From: an uncultured Acidobacteriota bacterium
GTDB taxonomy: Bacteria; Acidobacteriota; Thermoanaerobaculia; UBA5066; Gp7-AA6
Length of the DNA: 64,000 nucleotides
Direction: 5' to 3'
Assembly (NCBI GenBank): GCA_963797495.1
Contig: CAWCPN010000002.1
Span: 3,815,880-3,879,879 of the forward strand
The translations under genes and the position numbers were made by a program. Positions 53,866 through 63,438 of this stretch are shown here, piece after piece; position 1 is the first letter of the stretch, and the number at the start of each line of letters is the position of its first letter. Below the pieces are notes generated by a model. The model was given only the letters and a program-made list of their open reading frames with translations, did no database searches and was not told where the DNA came from.

Positions 53866-54712
53866 GGTGGGCGTGCTGGGCGCGGGTCTGATGGGGTCGG
53901 GCATCGCCGAAGTGTGCGCGAAGGCCGGGTACGAGACGACCGTCCGCGAAGTCAGCGACGAGCTCGTGAAGAAGGGCCTGGCGCGGATCGAGGGATCGCT
54001 CGCCAAAGCCGTCGAGAAGGGCAAGCTCCCGGCGGCCGACCGGGACGCGGCGTGGAAGCGGTTGCGCCCGACGACGCGGCTCGAGGACCTGGCGGATTGC
54101 GACCTTCTCGTCGAGGCGATCGTGGAGAACCTGGAGATCAAGAAGGAGACGTATCGCGCCCTCGACGCGGCCTGCAAACCGGAAACGATTTTCTGCTCCA
54201 ATACCTCCTCGCTCACGATCACGGAAATGTCGGCCGCGACCAGGCGTCCGGAACGGTTCGCCGGCCTGCATTTCTTCAACCCCGTTCCCGTCATGAAGCT
54301 CGTCGAGGTCGTTCGGACGATCGCGACCTCCGAGGAGACCGCGTCGGCGGTGTTCGCGTTCGCCCAATCGCTCGGCAAGGAGCCGATCCGGACGCACGAC
54401 AATTCGGGCTTCATCGTCAACCGCCTGCTGGTGCCCTACCTTCTGGACGCCGTGCGGGCGCTGGAGGAGGGGGTCGGCTCCCGCGAGGACATCGACAAGG
54501 GAATGGAGCTGGGCTGCGGCCATCCGATGGGGCCCCTCAAGCTCCTGGACTTCGTCGGCCTCGACACGACCTACGCGATCGCCGAGATCATGTTCGATGA
54601 GTATCGGGAGAAGCGTTTCGCTCCGCCGCCGCTGCTCAAGCGAATGGTGCTCGCCGGCCGCTACGGAAGAAAGTCCGGTCGCGGCTTCTACGAGTACGGG
54701 GGTGGGAAGTGA
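53852..54712 (+). CDS. hbd: 3-hydroxybutyryl-CoA dehydrogenase
   Basis: GAGLMGSGIA, VEAIVE, SNTSS, GLHFFNP, GFIVNR, GHPMGP, GRKSGRGFY. Confidence 0.93.
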   Translation: MTIRKVGVLGAGLMGSGIAEVCAKAGYETTVREVSDELVKKGLARIEGSLAKAVEKGKLPAADRDAAWKRLRPTTRLEDLADCDLLVEAIVENLEIKKETYRALDAACKPETIFCSNTSSLTITEMSAATRRPERFAGLHFFNPVPVMKLVEVVRTIATSEETASAVFAFAQSLGKEPIRTHDNSGFIVNRLLVPYLLDAVRALEEGVGSREDIDKGMELGCGHPMGPLKLLDFVGLDTTYAIAEIMFDEYREKRFAPPPLLKRMVLAGRYGRKSGRGFYEYGGGK

Positions 54713-55488
54713 GCGACGTGGTCCAGGTCGAGACCGGGGACGGGATCCGCACCCTGACGATCCATCGCCCCGAGAAGCTGAATGCCCTGAACGGCGAGGT
54801 GATGGCGGCTCTCGACCGCGCGCTCGACGGGGCACGCGACGACGCGGGCGTCGGAGCCGTGGTGATCACCGGGTCGGGAGAGAAGGCGTTCATCGCCGGC
54901 GCCGACATCGGCGAGCTCTCGAAGCTGTCCCCGGTGGAGGGACGCGAGCATGCCCTGCGAGGACAGGCGGTCCTGGCGAAGCTCGAGAGGCTCGGCAAGC
55001 CGGTGATCGCGGCGGTGAACGGGTACGCCCTGGGGGGCGGCTGCGAGCTCGCCCTGGCATGCACCATCCGGATCGCCTCGGAAAACGCGCGGTTCGGGCA
55101 GCCGGAGGTCAAGCTCGGGATCCTCCCCGGCTACGGCGGCTCGCAGCGCCTGGCGCGACTGGTGGGCGAGGGGCGGGCGATGCAGCTGTGCCTGACGGCC
55201 GAGCAGATCGACGCCGCGGAGGCGCACCGGATCGGGCTCGTGAACCGGGTCGTGCCCGCGGGACAGGCTCTCGCGGCCGCGCGCGAGACGGCGAAAGCCA
55301 TCCTCGCCAACGGCCCGGTCGCCTGCCGGTACGTTCTCGACGCGATCCACCGCGGTCTGGAGATGCCGCTCGCCGAAGGGCTCCTGCTGGAGGCCACGCT
55401 CTTCGGGCTGTGCGCCGCCACGTCCGACATGAAGGAGGGCATGACGGCGTTCCTCGAGAAGCGGCCGGCGCGCTTCACGGGGCGATAA
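54709..55488 (+). CDS. crt: Enoyl-CoA hydratase (crotonase)
   Basis: AFIAGADI, GYALGGGCE, FGQPE..LG. Confidence 0.92.
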   Translation: MSDVVQVETGDGIRTLTIHRPEKLNALNGEVMAALDRALDGARDDAGVGAVVITGSGEKAFIAGADIGELSKLSPVEGREHALRGQAVLAKLERLGKPVIAAVNGYALGGGCELALACTIRIASENARFGQPEVKLGILPGYGGSQRLARLVGEGRAMQLCLTAEQIDAAEAHRIGLVNRVVPAGQALAAARETAKAILANGPVACRYVLDAIHRGLEMPLAEGLLLEATLFGLCAATSDMKEGMTAFLEKRPARFTGR

Positions 55489-55501
55489 GAAGGAGGAAGT
55501 C

Positions 55502-56674
55502 GTGGGAATCGACCTCGTCAGCGCCTGCGTCTTCTGCGCGGGGATGCTTTTCGGCATGGACCTGCCTCCCCGTCCGGGTCTCGGGGCGGAGCTGGGGTTT
55601 TCTTACTCGACGCTGGCCCGCCGATACGACATCGGGAACACGGTCGATACCTCGGACGTCACCCCCAAGTTTGTTCTCGTCGGAATGGGGTTCGCGCGGT
55701 TTGCCCCGGACGGTCTTGGGGCGGGGACTCCGGAATTCGAGTGGCGGGGGAGGGTCGCCTTCGGGACGTCCCACGACGAGCAGGAGCGGCGGGCGCAGCC
55801 GGAGCTGGGCCTGCCGCGGGTGCTCTCCAACGGGACCGGTCGCGCGGAAAACTTCGCCCTTCTGCTCCGCCTGCCCGTGACGAAGGCGGACTCCATCGAA
55901 CTCGCCGGCGAGGGGCGCAACAACCGGTCGACCGACGTCATCAACATCGGCGGCGAGAATCAGGAGCTCGACGAGGCCCGGGATCTCTCGTCGCAGCGGA
56001 TCGACATCGCGGCGGGCTGGAGGCACCGCTGGCCCGGGCTGGAGGCGGCGGCGGCTTTCCGATGGACGAAGCCGTCGGGCTACAACGCGACCGCGCAGTC
56101 CTTCCAGGACGCCTCGGGACCGATTCTCGGCGGCGAAGGTGAGGTCCGCTGGAGACCGGGCCCGTGGACGTTCGTCCTCCACGGGGAGTACATGAGTGGC
56201 GACATCGACGTTCACCGAGAGAGCTTTCCGGACTTCCAGGACCGCGACGCGAAGCTCAGGGCGACGCTCCAGGCTTACAGGCTCTCGGCCGGCTACTCCT
56301 GGACGTGCTCCGACCTGATGCTTTCGGCGACCTACGATCGCCAGAAACTCCCGTACGTCTCGCTCGCCGTCCTGGGGACGGAGACGGTGGCGTTCGACGA
56401 GGGCTACGATCCGGCCTCCGACAACGAGGAGATCTTCTGGGACCTCGTCTTTCGCTACGCCTTCACGCCCGCCATTCGCGCCCGCCTGGGGGTCCGCCTG
56501 GCCTGGGGGGACGAGACCGTGACGCTGACCGATTTCAACGGCACCCGCCCGACGCAGACGCTGGACGTGCTGCGGCGCGGAATCTTCGGCGGGAGCCTTT
56601 CGGATCCCCTCGGGTCGCCCGAGTTCGCCTTCTTCATCGGCGCGGACTTTTCGATCGGCGCGCCGACGCCGTGA
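55502..56674 (+). CDS. Hypothetical protein, probable outer-membrane beta-barrel
   Basis: Strong SD aaggagg; amphipathic beta strands with aromatic residues; C-terminal FFIGADFS strand. Confidence 0.65.
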   Translation: MGIDLVSACVFCAGMLFGMDLPPRPGLGAELGFSYSTLARRYDIGNTVDTSDVTPKFVLVGMGFARFAPDGLGAGTPEFEWRGRVAFGTSHDEQERRAQPELGLPRVLSNGTGRAENFALLLRLPVTKADSIELAGEGRNNRSTDVINIGGENQELDEARDLSSQRIDIAAGWRHRWPGLEAAAAFRWTKPSGYNATAQSFQDASGPILGGEGEVRWRPGPWTFVLHGEYMSGDIDVHRESFPDFQDRDAKLRATLQAYRLSAGYSWTCSDLMLSATYDRQKLPYVSLAVLGTETVAFDEGYDPASDNEEIFWDLVFRYAFTPAIRARLGVRLAWGDETVTLTDFNGTRPTQTLDVLRRGIFGGSLSDPLGSPEFAFFIGADFSIGAPTP

Positions 56675-56714
56675 GCCCGCCTCGGGTGCTAAACTTGAAT
56701 CGGGAGAAGCTGTC

Positions 56715-57968
56715 TTGAAGCCGCCGGACTCCGACCTCATCTACGACTGGAACCGCGCCGGCGGCGCGGCGGTCCCCAAGCGCGGCCGGGTCGAGATCGA
56801 CGACGAGACCCTGCGGGACGGCCTCCAGTCGCCCTCGGTCAAGAGTCCGTCGATCGACCAGAAGATCCGGATTCTTCACCTCATGGAGTCGCTGGGGATC
56901 GACTCGGCCGACATCGGTCTGCCCGGGGCCGGCCCCCACGTCGTCGAGACCGTGACCCGCCTCGCGCAGGAGATCGTCCGCGGCAAGATGAAGATCCGCC
57001 CCAACTGCGCCGCGCGGACCGTCGCCGCGGACATCGTTCCGATCATCGAAATCTCGCAGAAGGTCGGGATCCCGATCGAGGTGTCCTGTTTCATCGGGTC
57101 CTCGCCGATCCGGCAGTACGCCGAAGACTGGGACTTCGAGCGCATGCTCCGCTTGTCGGAGGACGCGGTGTCGCTGGCCGTCCGTGAGGGGCTGCCCGTC
57201 ATGTACGTCACGGAGGACACGACCCGCGCGCAGCCCGAGCACGTCCGCCGAATGTACACGACGGCGATCCGGGCGGGAGCCGGCCGCGTGTGCGTCTGCG
57301 ACACGGTCGGCCACGCGACTCCCAACGGCGTGCGCAACGTGGTGGGCTTCGTGTGCGGCGTGGTGGAAGAGGTCAACCCGGGTGTCCAGGTGGACTGGCA
57401 TGGCCACCAGGACCGCGGGCTCGGCGTGACCAACGCCCTGTGGGCGCTGGAAGCGGGGGCGCATCGCGTGCACGCCTGCGCGCTCGGCATCGGCGAACGG
57501 GTCGGCAACACGCCGATGGATCAGCTCCTGGTCAACCTCCAGCTGCTCGGGTGGATCGACCGCGACCTGACTCGCCTCCACGACTACTGCTCCGCCGTTT
57601 CGGAAGCGACCGGGGTGCGAATTCCCGACAACTACCCCGTCGTCGGCCGCGACGCGTTCCGGACCGGAACGGGAGTGCACGCGGCGGCGATCATCAAGGC
57701 GCGCCGCAAGGGCGACGAATGGCTTTCGGACCGCATCTATTCCGGCGTCCCGGCATCGATGGTCGGCCGGCACCAGGTGATCGAGGTGGGGCCCATGAGC
57801 GGACTCTCGAACGTTCAGTGCTGGCTGGAGAGTCGCGGCTTCGAGGCGCGCGCCGACCTGGTGGACGCGATCTTCCGGCGAGCCAAGGAGAGCGACCACG
57901 TGCTGGAGGACGACGAGATCCTCGACGTCGTGCAGCGGATGACCCCGGAGACCGCACCGCTGCGGTAG
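56715..57968 (+). CDS. DRE-TIM metallolyase, LeuA/homocitrate synthase family (no regulatory domain)
   Basis: DETLRDGLQ, TEDTTR, DTVG, HGHQDRG, GIGERVGN; only 417 aa. Confidence 0.85.
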   Translation: MKPPDSDLIYDWNRAGGAAVPKRGRVEIDDETLRDGLQSPSVKSPSIDQKIRILHLMESLGIDSADIGLPGAGPHVVETVTRLAQEIVRGKMKIRPNCAARTVAADIVPIIEISQKVGIPIEVSCFIGSSPIRQYAEDWDFERMLRLSEDAVSLAVREGLPVMYVTEDTTRAQPEHVRRMYTTAIRAGAGRVCVCDTVGHATPNGVRNVVGFVCGVVEEVNPGVQVDWHGHQDRGLGVTNALWALEAGAHRVHACALGIGERVGNTPMDQLLVNLQLLGWIDRDLTRLHDYCSAVSEATGVRIPDNYPVVGRDAFRTGTGVHAAAIIKARRKGDEWLSDRIYSGVPASMVGRHQVIEVGPMSGLSNVQCWLESRGFEARADLVDAIFRRAKESDHVLEDDEILDVVQRMTPETAPLR

Positions 57969-58955
57969 GTGCCGAGCCTGCGCCGCCGGAGCCGGAAGAG
58001 CGGGGCGGGAGGGGCGCCGCTTGCGCCCCGTTCGTCGCGGTTTCTCGAACGCGATCTGCCGACATATGTCGACCATCTCGCGGTCGAGCGCGGGTTGTCG
58101 CGCGCCAGCGTCGCCGCCTACCGGAGCGATCTCGCGGCGTTCGGCGCGTTTCTGGCCTCCCGGCGCCTGGAAGCGCAGGACGCGGGACGCGGCGATCTCG
58201 TACGCTACATGAGCCAGCTGCGAGCCCGCGGATTGTCGTCACGCTCGGCTTCGCGGGCCCTCTCTGCGATTCGTGGTTTTTTCGGGTTCGCCGCGGCGCA
58301 TCTCGGGTTTCCCGAAGATCCGACGGCCGACCTCGCGAATCCGCGGGTCGGCGTGAGCCTTCCGAAGAGCCTCGGCGAAGAGGAGGTCGAGGCGCTCCTT
58401 GCGGCCCCGGACGTGCGTGACCCGCTCGGGTTGCGCGACCGGGCGATGATCGAGCTGCTCTACGCATCGGGCCTGCGCGTATCCGAGATCGTGCGGCTGC
58501 CTCGCGATGCCGTGGATCTGGAGGCATCGATCCTGCGCGTGACCGGGAAGGGTGGGAAGGAGCGGCTCGTCCCTTTCGGACGTTCGGCGGCCCGTTGGGT
58601 CGCGCGGTATCTCGAAGCGTCCCGCCCGCCGCTGGACCGTCGCCGGTCTCCCCACCTGTTCCTGTCCGCGCGCGGAAGCGCGATGACGCGGCAACGCTTC
58701 TGGCAGCTGATCGAGGGCTACGGGCGCAAGGCCGGGATCCGATCGCGGCTGACGCCGCACGTGCTCCGACACGCCTTCGCGACCCACCTTCTCGAGCACG
58801 GCGCGGACCTGCGGGCCCTCCAGATGATGCTCGGGCATGCCGACATCGCGACCACCCAGATCTACACGAGCGTGTCGCGGGGCCGGCTCCGACGCGTCTA
58901 CGACGAGTTCCATCCCCGTGCCCGTGGCCGCCCGCGTGCGAAAATGGGCCGATGA
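57969..58955 (+). CDS. xerD: Site-specific tyrosine recombinase XerD
   Basis: VERGLS N-terminus; LYASGLRVSE (R), GKGGKER (K), HVLRH, LGH, TQIY. Confidence 0.9.
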   Translation: MPSLRRRSRKSGAGGAPLAPRSSRFLERDLPTYVDHLAVERGLSRASVAAYRSDLAAFGAFLASRRLEAQDAGRGDLVRYMSQLRARGLSSRSASRALSAIRGFFGFAAAHLGFPEDPTADLANPRVGVSLPKSLGEEEVEALLAAPDVRDPLGLRDRAMIELLYASGLRVSEIVRLPRDAVDLEASILRVTGKGGKERLVPFGRSAARWVARYLEASRPPLDRRRSPHLFLSARGSAMTRQRFWQLIEGYGRKAGIRSRLTPHVLRHAFATHLLEHGADLRALQMMLGHADIATTQIYTSVSRGRLRRVYDEFHPRARGRPRAKMGR

Positions 58956-59011
58956 GGACCTTTCGGGCCGAGCCGGAATGTCGGGCCGGCCGGGAGCGTT
59001 GTGCGCTCGGC

Positions 59012-59776
59012 ATGCGACCCCGCCAGCGCCTCGTCCCGGCCATCGTGGCGGTCGTCGCGGCCCTCGCCGGGGCGGGCACCGTCCGGGCGGAGCTGATCGT
59101 GTTCGAAGACGGCCGGGTGGTCAAGGCGGCCGGCTACCGGCTTCTGGCCGAGGAAGTGGAGATCTCCCTTCCGGGGGGAGGGAGCTATCGGGTGGACCTC
59201 GCGCGCGTCGACCGCATCGTCGACGACGAGATCGTCATCGACTCGATCGTGGTCGAGCCGGAGCTCGCGCCGCCCGGAGGGCCGTTCGACCTTTCTTATC
59301 GGTCGGATCGGAAGGCTCTGTTCGGCTCGCCGTACGATGCGATCATCGAGCGCGAGGCGAAGACTTTCGACATCGACGCCTCCCTCGTTTCGGCCTTGAT
59401 CCGGGCCGAGTCCAACTACGAGCCGCGGGCGATCTCGCGCAAGGGCGCGCGAGGCCTCATGCAACTCATGCCGGCGACGGCGCGAAGGCTCGCGGTCCGG
59501 CGTCCCTTCGATCCGGAGTCCAACGTTCGTGGAGGCGTGAAGTACCTGCGGCAGCTCGTGGACCGGTTCGGCCACCGGCCCGACCTGGTGCTGGCGGCCT
59601 ACAACGCCGGCGAGGGCGCCGTCGAAGCCTACGGTGGTGTGCCGCCGTATCGGGAAACAGTCGCCTACGTCGGCCGGATTCTGGCCTGGTGCCGCCCGGC
59701 CGAAGCGCGGACTGCGGCGCCCGGGCCCGCCCCCGCGGCATCCGTTTCCCACCGGGACCTGGAGTCCCGGAACTAG
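59012..59776 (+). CDS. Lytic transglycosylase (SLT domain)
   Basis: Signal peptide; IRAES, GARGLMQLMP, LAAYNAG, ETVAYV. Confidence 0.92.
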   Translation: MRPRQRLVPAIVAVVAALAGAGTVRAELIVFEDGRVVKAAGYRLLAEEVEISLPGGGSYRVDLARVDRIVDDEIVIDSIVVEPELAPPGGPFDLSYRSDRKALFGSPYDAIIEREAKTFDIDASLVSALIRAESNYEPRAISRKGARGLMQLMPATARRLAVRRPFDPESNVRGGVKYLRQLVDRFGHRPDLVLAAYNAGEGAVEAYGGVPPYRETVAYVGRILAWCRPAEARTAAPGPAPAASVSHRDLESRN

Positions 59777-59904
59777 TACTCTGTAACAGGAGCTTCGAAA
59801 GCGCCGTCTGGCCCGAGACAAGACGTGTGGCTCTGGCACTGCAGGACTTGCTGCGCCATTCTCGCCCCGAGGTTGATATCGAACCGGCTGTTACAGGTCA
59901 CTAG
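59773..59904. ncRNA. Candidate structured RNA element between convergent genes
   Basis: Terminal pairings ctagt/actag, ctgtaacag/ctgttacag and ttcga/tcgaa enclose two internal hairpins; lower GC than the flanks. Confidence 0.4.
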
Positions 59905-59920
59905 CCGCGATCGGCTTTCC

Positions 59921-62065
59921 TCAGCGGGTCCGTGCGGTCGGTCGCGCGACGGGGACGGCCTCCGCCCCGGCCTTCTTCGCGGCGGCGATCGCGGCCTCGA
60001 GCTTGCGGGCGAGACGCCGGATCTGTGGCTCGGCAGCCGCCGTTCGGCCCTCCACGATCGCCTCCCGGATGGCGGGGAGGGTTTCGGCTTCGTAGGAGGG
60101 AAGGGGCGCGAAGACCAGGTGCCGGAACCAGGGGCGACCCGGTATCCCCGGCGCATCGAGCATGGATCGCTCGAGCGACAGGAGCCACGCGTTGGCCGCA
60201 CGCATGGCCGTCAGGTCGGTGCGCCCGTTGGCGATGCGGGCCGCGATCCGCTTCTGTGCGGCACCGGCGCTCTGGCTCCACGCCGTCCCGAGGTTCGCCA
60301 GCTTTGCCAGCGGCGCGGCGAGGGTGCGAGCCCCCTCGAGCCGCGTGAGCTCGGCGGCGTACCTTGCGATCTCCCGGCCGTAGGCGGCGGCGTCGAAGGG
60401 GAAGGCATCGGCGTTGGCGAACCGCAGCGCGACCATTCCGGCGAAGCCGGCCATGGCCGCGTGATACACGAAGCCCGGATCGCCCTGGGTCTCCATCCAG
60501 CGATGGGTGTCGTAGACCGAGTGATACACGCCGTACGGACCGTCGAACACGAGGTCGGCCGAAGCGATTCCGAGATGATTGAAGAAGACCGTGTAGTCCG
60601 AGCCGCTCCCCAGAATGCCGACCGGGAGATCGTCGGAACCGGAGCCGCGATCGCCGCTCCCGCGCCAGGCATCGGCGAGCGTTTGCCCCGGGTGTGCGGG
60701 GTCCGGAAAGTCGGCCGCGGCCTCGCGCAACGTCGTGAAGAGGAGCGGCGAGGCGGCCGCCGCGAAATTCTTTCCGGCGACCGATGCGTCGACGTTGATG
60801 CAGACGACGGCGTTGTCCTTGAGGCTGCGTTCGTACTGCTCGCCCCACTCGGTCGAACCCGTCAGCGTGTACTCCTCGGCGTCCCAGGCGGCGATCACGA
60901 TCGAGCGGCGCGGCCGCCAGCCGTCGGCGGCGAGGCGACCGAGCGCCCTCCCCAGCGCGAGCATCGATGCCGTTCCCGAAGACGGGTCGACGCCGCCGTA
61001 AATCCAGGCGTCGTAGTGGTTGGACAGGAGGATCGAGCGCTCGCCCTCGTCGGTACCCCGGAGCGTGGCGACGACGTTGCGGATGGTGCGCGTCTCGCGG
61101 GTGTTCTCGATCTTCAGGTGGAGACGGACGGGACCGGGCCCGATCCGGTAGGTATCCGGGATCGCCACGCCCTGCCAGGACGCCGAGGGGACGCTCGGCC
61201 CCTGGAGGCGCGCGAGGATCTCCGCGGCATCGCGCGCGGAGAGGGGCATCATCGGGATGCGCGGCAGGATCTCGGACTCGGCGGCCGGGATGCGCCGCGC
61301 GTCCGGCGTGGAGGCCCACCCGGGCGTCAGGGGGTCGCCGGGCACGATGAAGTCGTAGACGTTGGATCCGCGCTGAAAGTGGGAGGCCGGTCCCCAGGGG
61401 CCGTCGGGGTAGACGGGGCCCTGGAACCAGCCGTCGTCGATCGGATCGGAGTAGACGAGAATTGCGGCGACGCCGCGCTTCTCGGCTTCCAGCGCCTTTC
61501 CGCCGCGATACCCGCCGAAGTAGCGAGCGAGAGCGATCTTCCCGCGGACGTCGACCCCCATCCGGGCGAGCCCCTCGTAGTCTTCGGCACTGCCCCGGTT
61601 GACGTAGACGACGGGAGCCACGACCTCGGCCGACGGGGAGTAGGCGTTCCAGGGGAGGCGAGCCTCCGGGACGTCCGTGTCGGGGTCGCCGGGTATCGGC
61701 AACTCGCCCCGCGCCAGCCGGACGTCCGGTTCCCCGACGATCTCGAGCGTCGCGCTCCGGGGGTACGAGAGCAGGACGTCGTAAGCCGGCATCTCGACGG
61801 ACCATCCGGCGCGGCGATACTCGGCGGCGAGGTATTCCGCGACCCTCGCGTTGCCTTCGGTGCCGGCAGAGTGGGGCGAGCGGGTGATCTCGCGATGGAT
61901 CTCGGCGCATTCCTCGGGGCGGGGGAGCGCGACGAGCCGCCGCTCGTACTCGCGTTGCCACCGTGCCCGCGCCGGCGTGAAGCCCGTGAGGGTCGGCTCC
62001 CGGGACGGCCCGGGAGGAACCGCGAGCGCGGCGAGCAGGATCGCCGGACCCGCGGCGGCCTTCAT
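59921..62065 (-). CDS. M28 peptidase, glutamate carboxypeptidase II/transferrin-receptor-like (PA + TFR dimer domains)
   Basis: Signal peptide; PHSAGT, YVNRG, NHYDAW, VDPSSG, WDAEEY, INVD, GSGSDY, YHS. Confidence 0.92.
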   Translation of the reverse strand: MKAAAGPAILLAALAVPPGPSREPTLTGFTPARARWQREYERRLVALPRPEECAEIHREITRSPHSAGTEGNARVAEYLAAEYRRAGWSVEMPAYDVLLSYPRSATLEIVGEPDVRLARGELPIPGDPDTDVPEARLPWNAYSPSAEVVAPVVYVNRGSAEDYEGLARMGVDVRGKIALARYFGGYRGGKALEAEKRGVAAILVYSDPIDDGWFQGPVYPDGPWGPASHFQRGSNVYDFIVPGDPLTPGWASTPDARRIPAAESEILPRIPMMPLSARDAAEILARLQGPSVPSASWQGVAIPDTYRIGPGPVRLHLKIENTRETRTIRNVVATLRGTDEGERSILLSNHYDAWIYGGVDPSSGTASMLALGRALGRLAADGWRPRRSIVIAAWDAEEYTLTGSTEWGEQYERSLKDNAVVCINVDASVAGKNFAAAASPLLFTTLREAAADFPDPAHPGQTLADAWRGSGDRGSGSDDLPVGILGSGSDYTVFFNHLGIASADLVFDGPYGVYHSVYDTHRWMETQGDPGFVYHAAMAGFAGMVALRFANADAFPFDAAAYGREIARYAAELTRLEGARTLAAPLAKLANLGTAWSQSAGAAQKRIAARIANGRTDLTAMRAANAWLLSLERSMLDAPGIPGRPWFRHLVFAPLPSYEAETLPAIREAIVEGRTAAAEPQIRRLARKLEAAIAAAKKAGAEAVPVARPTARTR

Positions 62066-63438
62066 CGGGAAATCCGGCGCACGGTGCGGCGCATCCGGAA
62101 AAACACGGGCAGGCCGAGCAGCAGGATCCCGAGGCCCGCCAGCGTCTCCGCGGGCTGTTCGCGGACGGTGTTGGCGGCGAGCAGTACGGTGGACCCGACG
62201 AACGCCGCGGGCACCAGGGGGTAGCCCCAGCAGCGGTAGGGACGGACCAGGTCGGGTTGCGTTCGGCGCAGCACGAACAGGGCAATTCCCGTGGCGGCGT
62301 AGGCGAGGATTACGAAAAACGTGGCGTAAGTATAGAGCTGCTCGTATCGCCCGGAGAGGCACAGGAGGCACATCCAGAGCGCCTGCACGACGATTCCGAA
62401 GGAGGGCGTGCGGAACCGGGGGTGGACGCGCGCGAACGGCGAGGGGAAGAGGCCGTCTTGGGCGAGGGCGTAGACGATGCGCGGGGCCGGAGCGAGGCCG
62501 GCCGAGGTACAGCCCGCGGCGGCGGCGGTGACCGTGAGCGCGATGAGGAATGCGGCTCGACCCCCGAACAGGCGCGTCGCGGCGACCGCCGCCGGCTCAC
62601 CCACGCCCCCCATCTCGGCCGCCGGGATGGCCTTGAGGAAGACCGCGTTGACGGCGACGTAGAGCAGAGTCACGATGCCCGTCCCGAGAAGGAGCGCCAG
62701 CGGAAGATTGCGGCGGGGGTCGGAGACTTCGCCGGCCACGGCCACGATCTCGTTCCACCCGTAGTATGTCCAGAAGATCGCCACGAGCGCGGTGCCGAGG
62801 CCCGCCAGTGTCAGGGCCGTCACGGGTGCGGCGGCAGACGCGACACTGGCCGGTGCGTCGGCGAAGGCACCGCCGACGGCGATCCAGAGCAGGGCGAGGA
62901 GGATCATCGAGGTCAGGACGCCCTGGACGCGGGCGCCCTCGCGGATGCCGACGTAGTGCGTGGCCGACAGGACGAGGGTCAGCGCCACCGCCACGAGCTG
63001 GGCGGCGCTGATCGCGAAGGGGCCGGCCGCCAGGACGACGTTGGCGCTCGAGAGCGCGGGGAAGAAGACCGACAGGTACTGCGCGAAGCCGATCGCGACC
63101 GCCGCGTCGGCTCCGATCAGGATCACCCAGAAAGCGACCCAGGCGTACAGGAACGCCGGGAGGTCGCCGAACGCCTCCCGGAAGTAGACGTACATGCCAC
63201 CCGCGCGGGGCATCATCGCCCCCAGTTCGGCGTAGACGAAGCCCCCCGCGATCGCGAGCAGGCCCCCGACGACCCAGAGTCCCAGGATCCAGGAAGCGTT
63301 CGGGACGGCCCGGGCGATTCCGCTCGGCGTCAGGAAGATCCCGCCGCCGATGACCAGACCGAGGACCAGGAGGCTCGTGTCCCAGAGGCCGAGGCCCCGG
63401 GCGAGTACGCTCGTGGCGCCGTCCGGCGAGTCGTTCAC
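62062..63438 (-). CDS. APC-family amino acid permease
   Basis: LVIGGGIF, YAELG.MMPRAGG.YVY, YYGW..EV..P.RNLP, PYRCWGYP; about 12 TM. Confidence 0.93.
   Translation of the reverse strand: MNDSPDGATSVLARGLGLWDTSLLVLGLVIGGGIFLTPSGIARAVPNASWILGLWVVGGLLAIAGGFVYAELGAMMPRAGGMYVYFREAFGDLPAFLYAWVAFWVILIGADAAVAIGFAQYLSVFFPALSSANVVLAAGPFAISAAQLVAVALTLVLSATHYVGIREGARVQGVLTSMILLALLWIAVGGAFADAPASVASAAAPVTALTLAGLGTALVAIFWTYYGWNEIVAVAGEVSDPRRNLPLALLLGTGIVTLLYVAVNAVFLKAIPAAEMGGVGEPAAVAATRLFGGRAAFLIALTVTAAAAGCTSAGLAPAPRIVYALAQDGLFPSPFARVHPRFRTPSFGIVVQALWMCLLCLSGRYEQLYTYATFFVILAYAATGIALFVLRRTQPDLVRPYRCWGYPLVPAAFVGSTVLLAANTVREQPAETLAGLGILLLGLPVFFRMRRTVRRISR

Noticed and set aside
57969-58955. Tyrosine recombinase as a prophage or island integrase
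   Set aside because: XerD-type N-terminus, housekeeping flanks, no att repeats, tRNA, phage genes or composition shift
59773-59904. dif site, SRP RNA or riboswitch near xerD
   Set aside because: No 28-bp XerC/XerD arm pattern, no SRP domain IV motif, and it lies between two 3' ends
59825-62224. Long antisense or alternate-frame ORFs (also 32767..34830, 3912..5861, 51560..53509, 17892..19973, 29568..32234)
   Set aside because: Arg/Gly/Pro-rich shadows expected in 70% GC DNA, overlapping motif-supported genes, with no independent motifs
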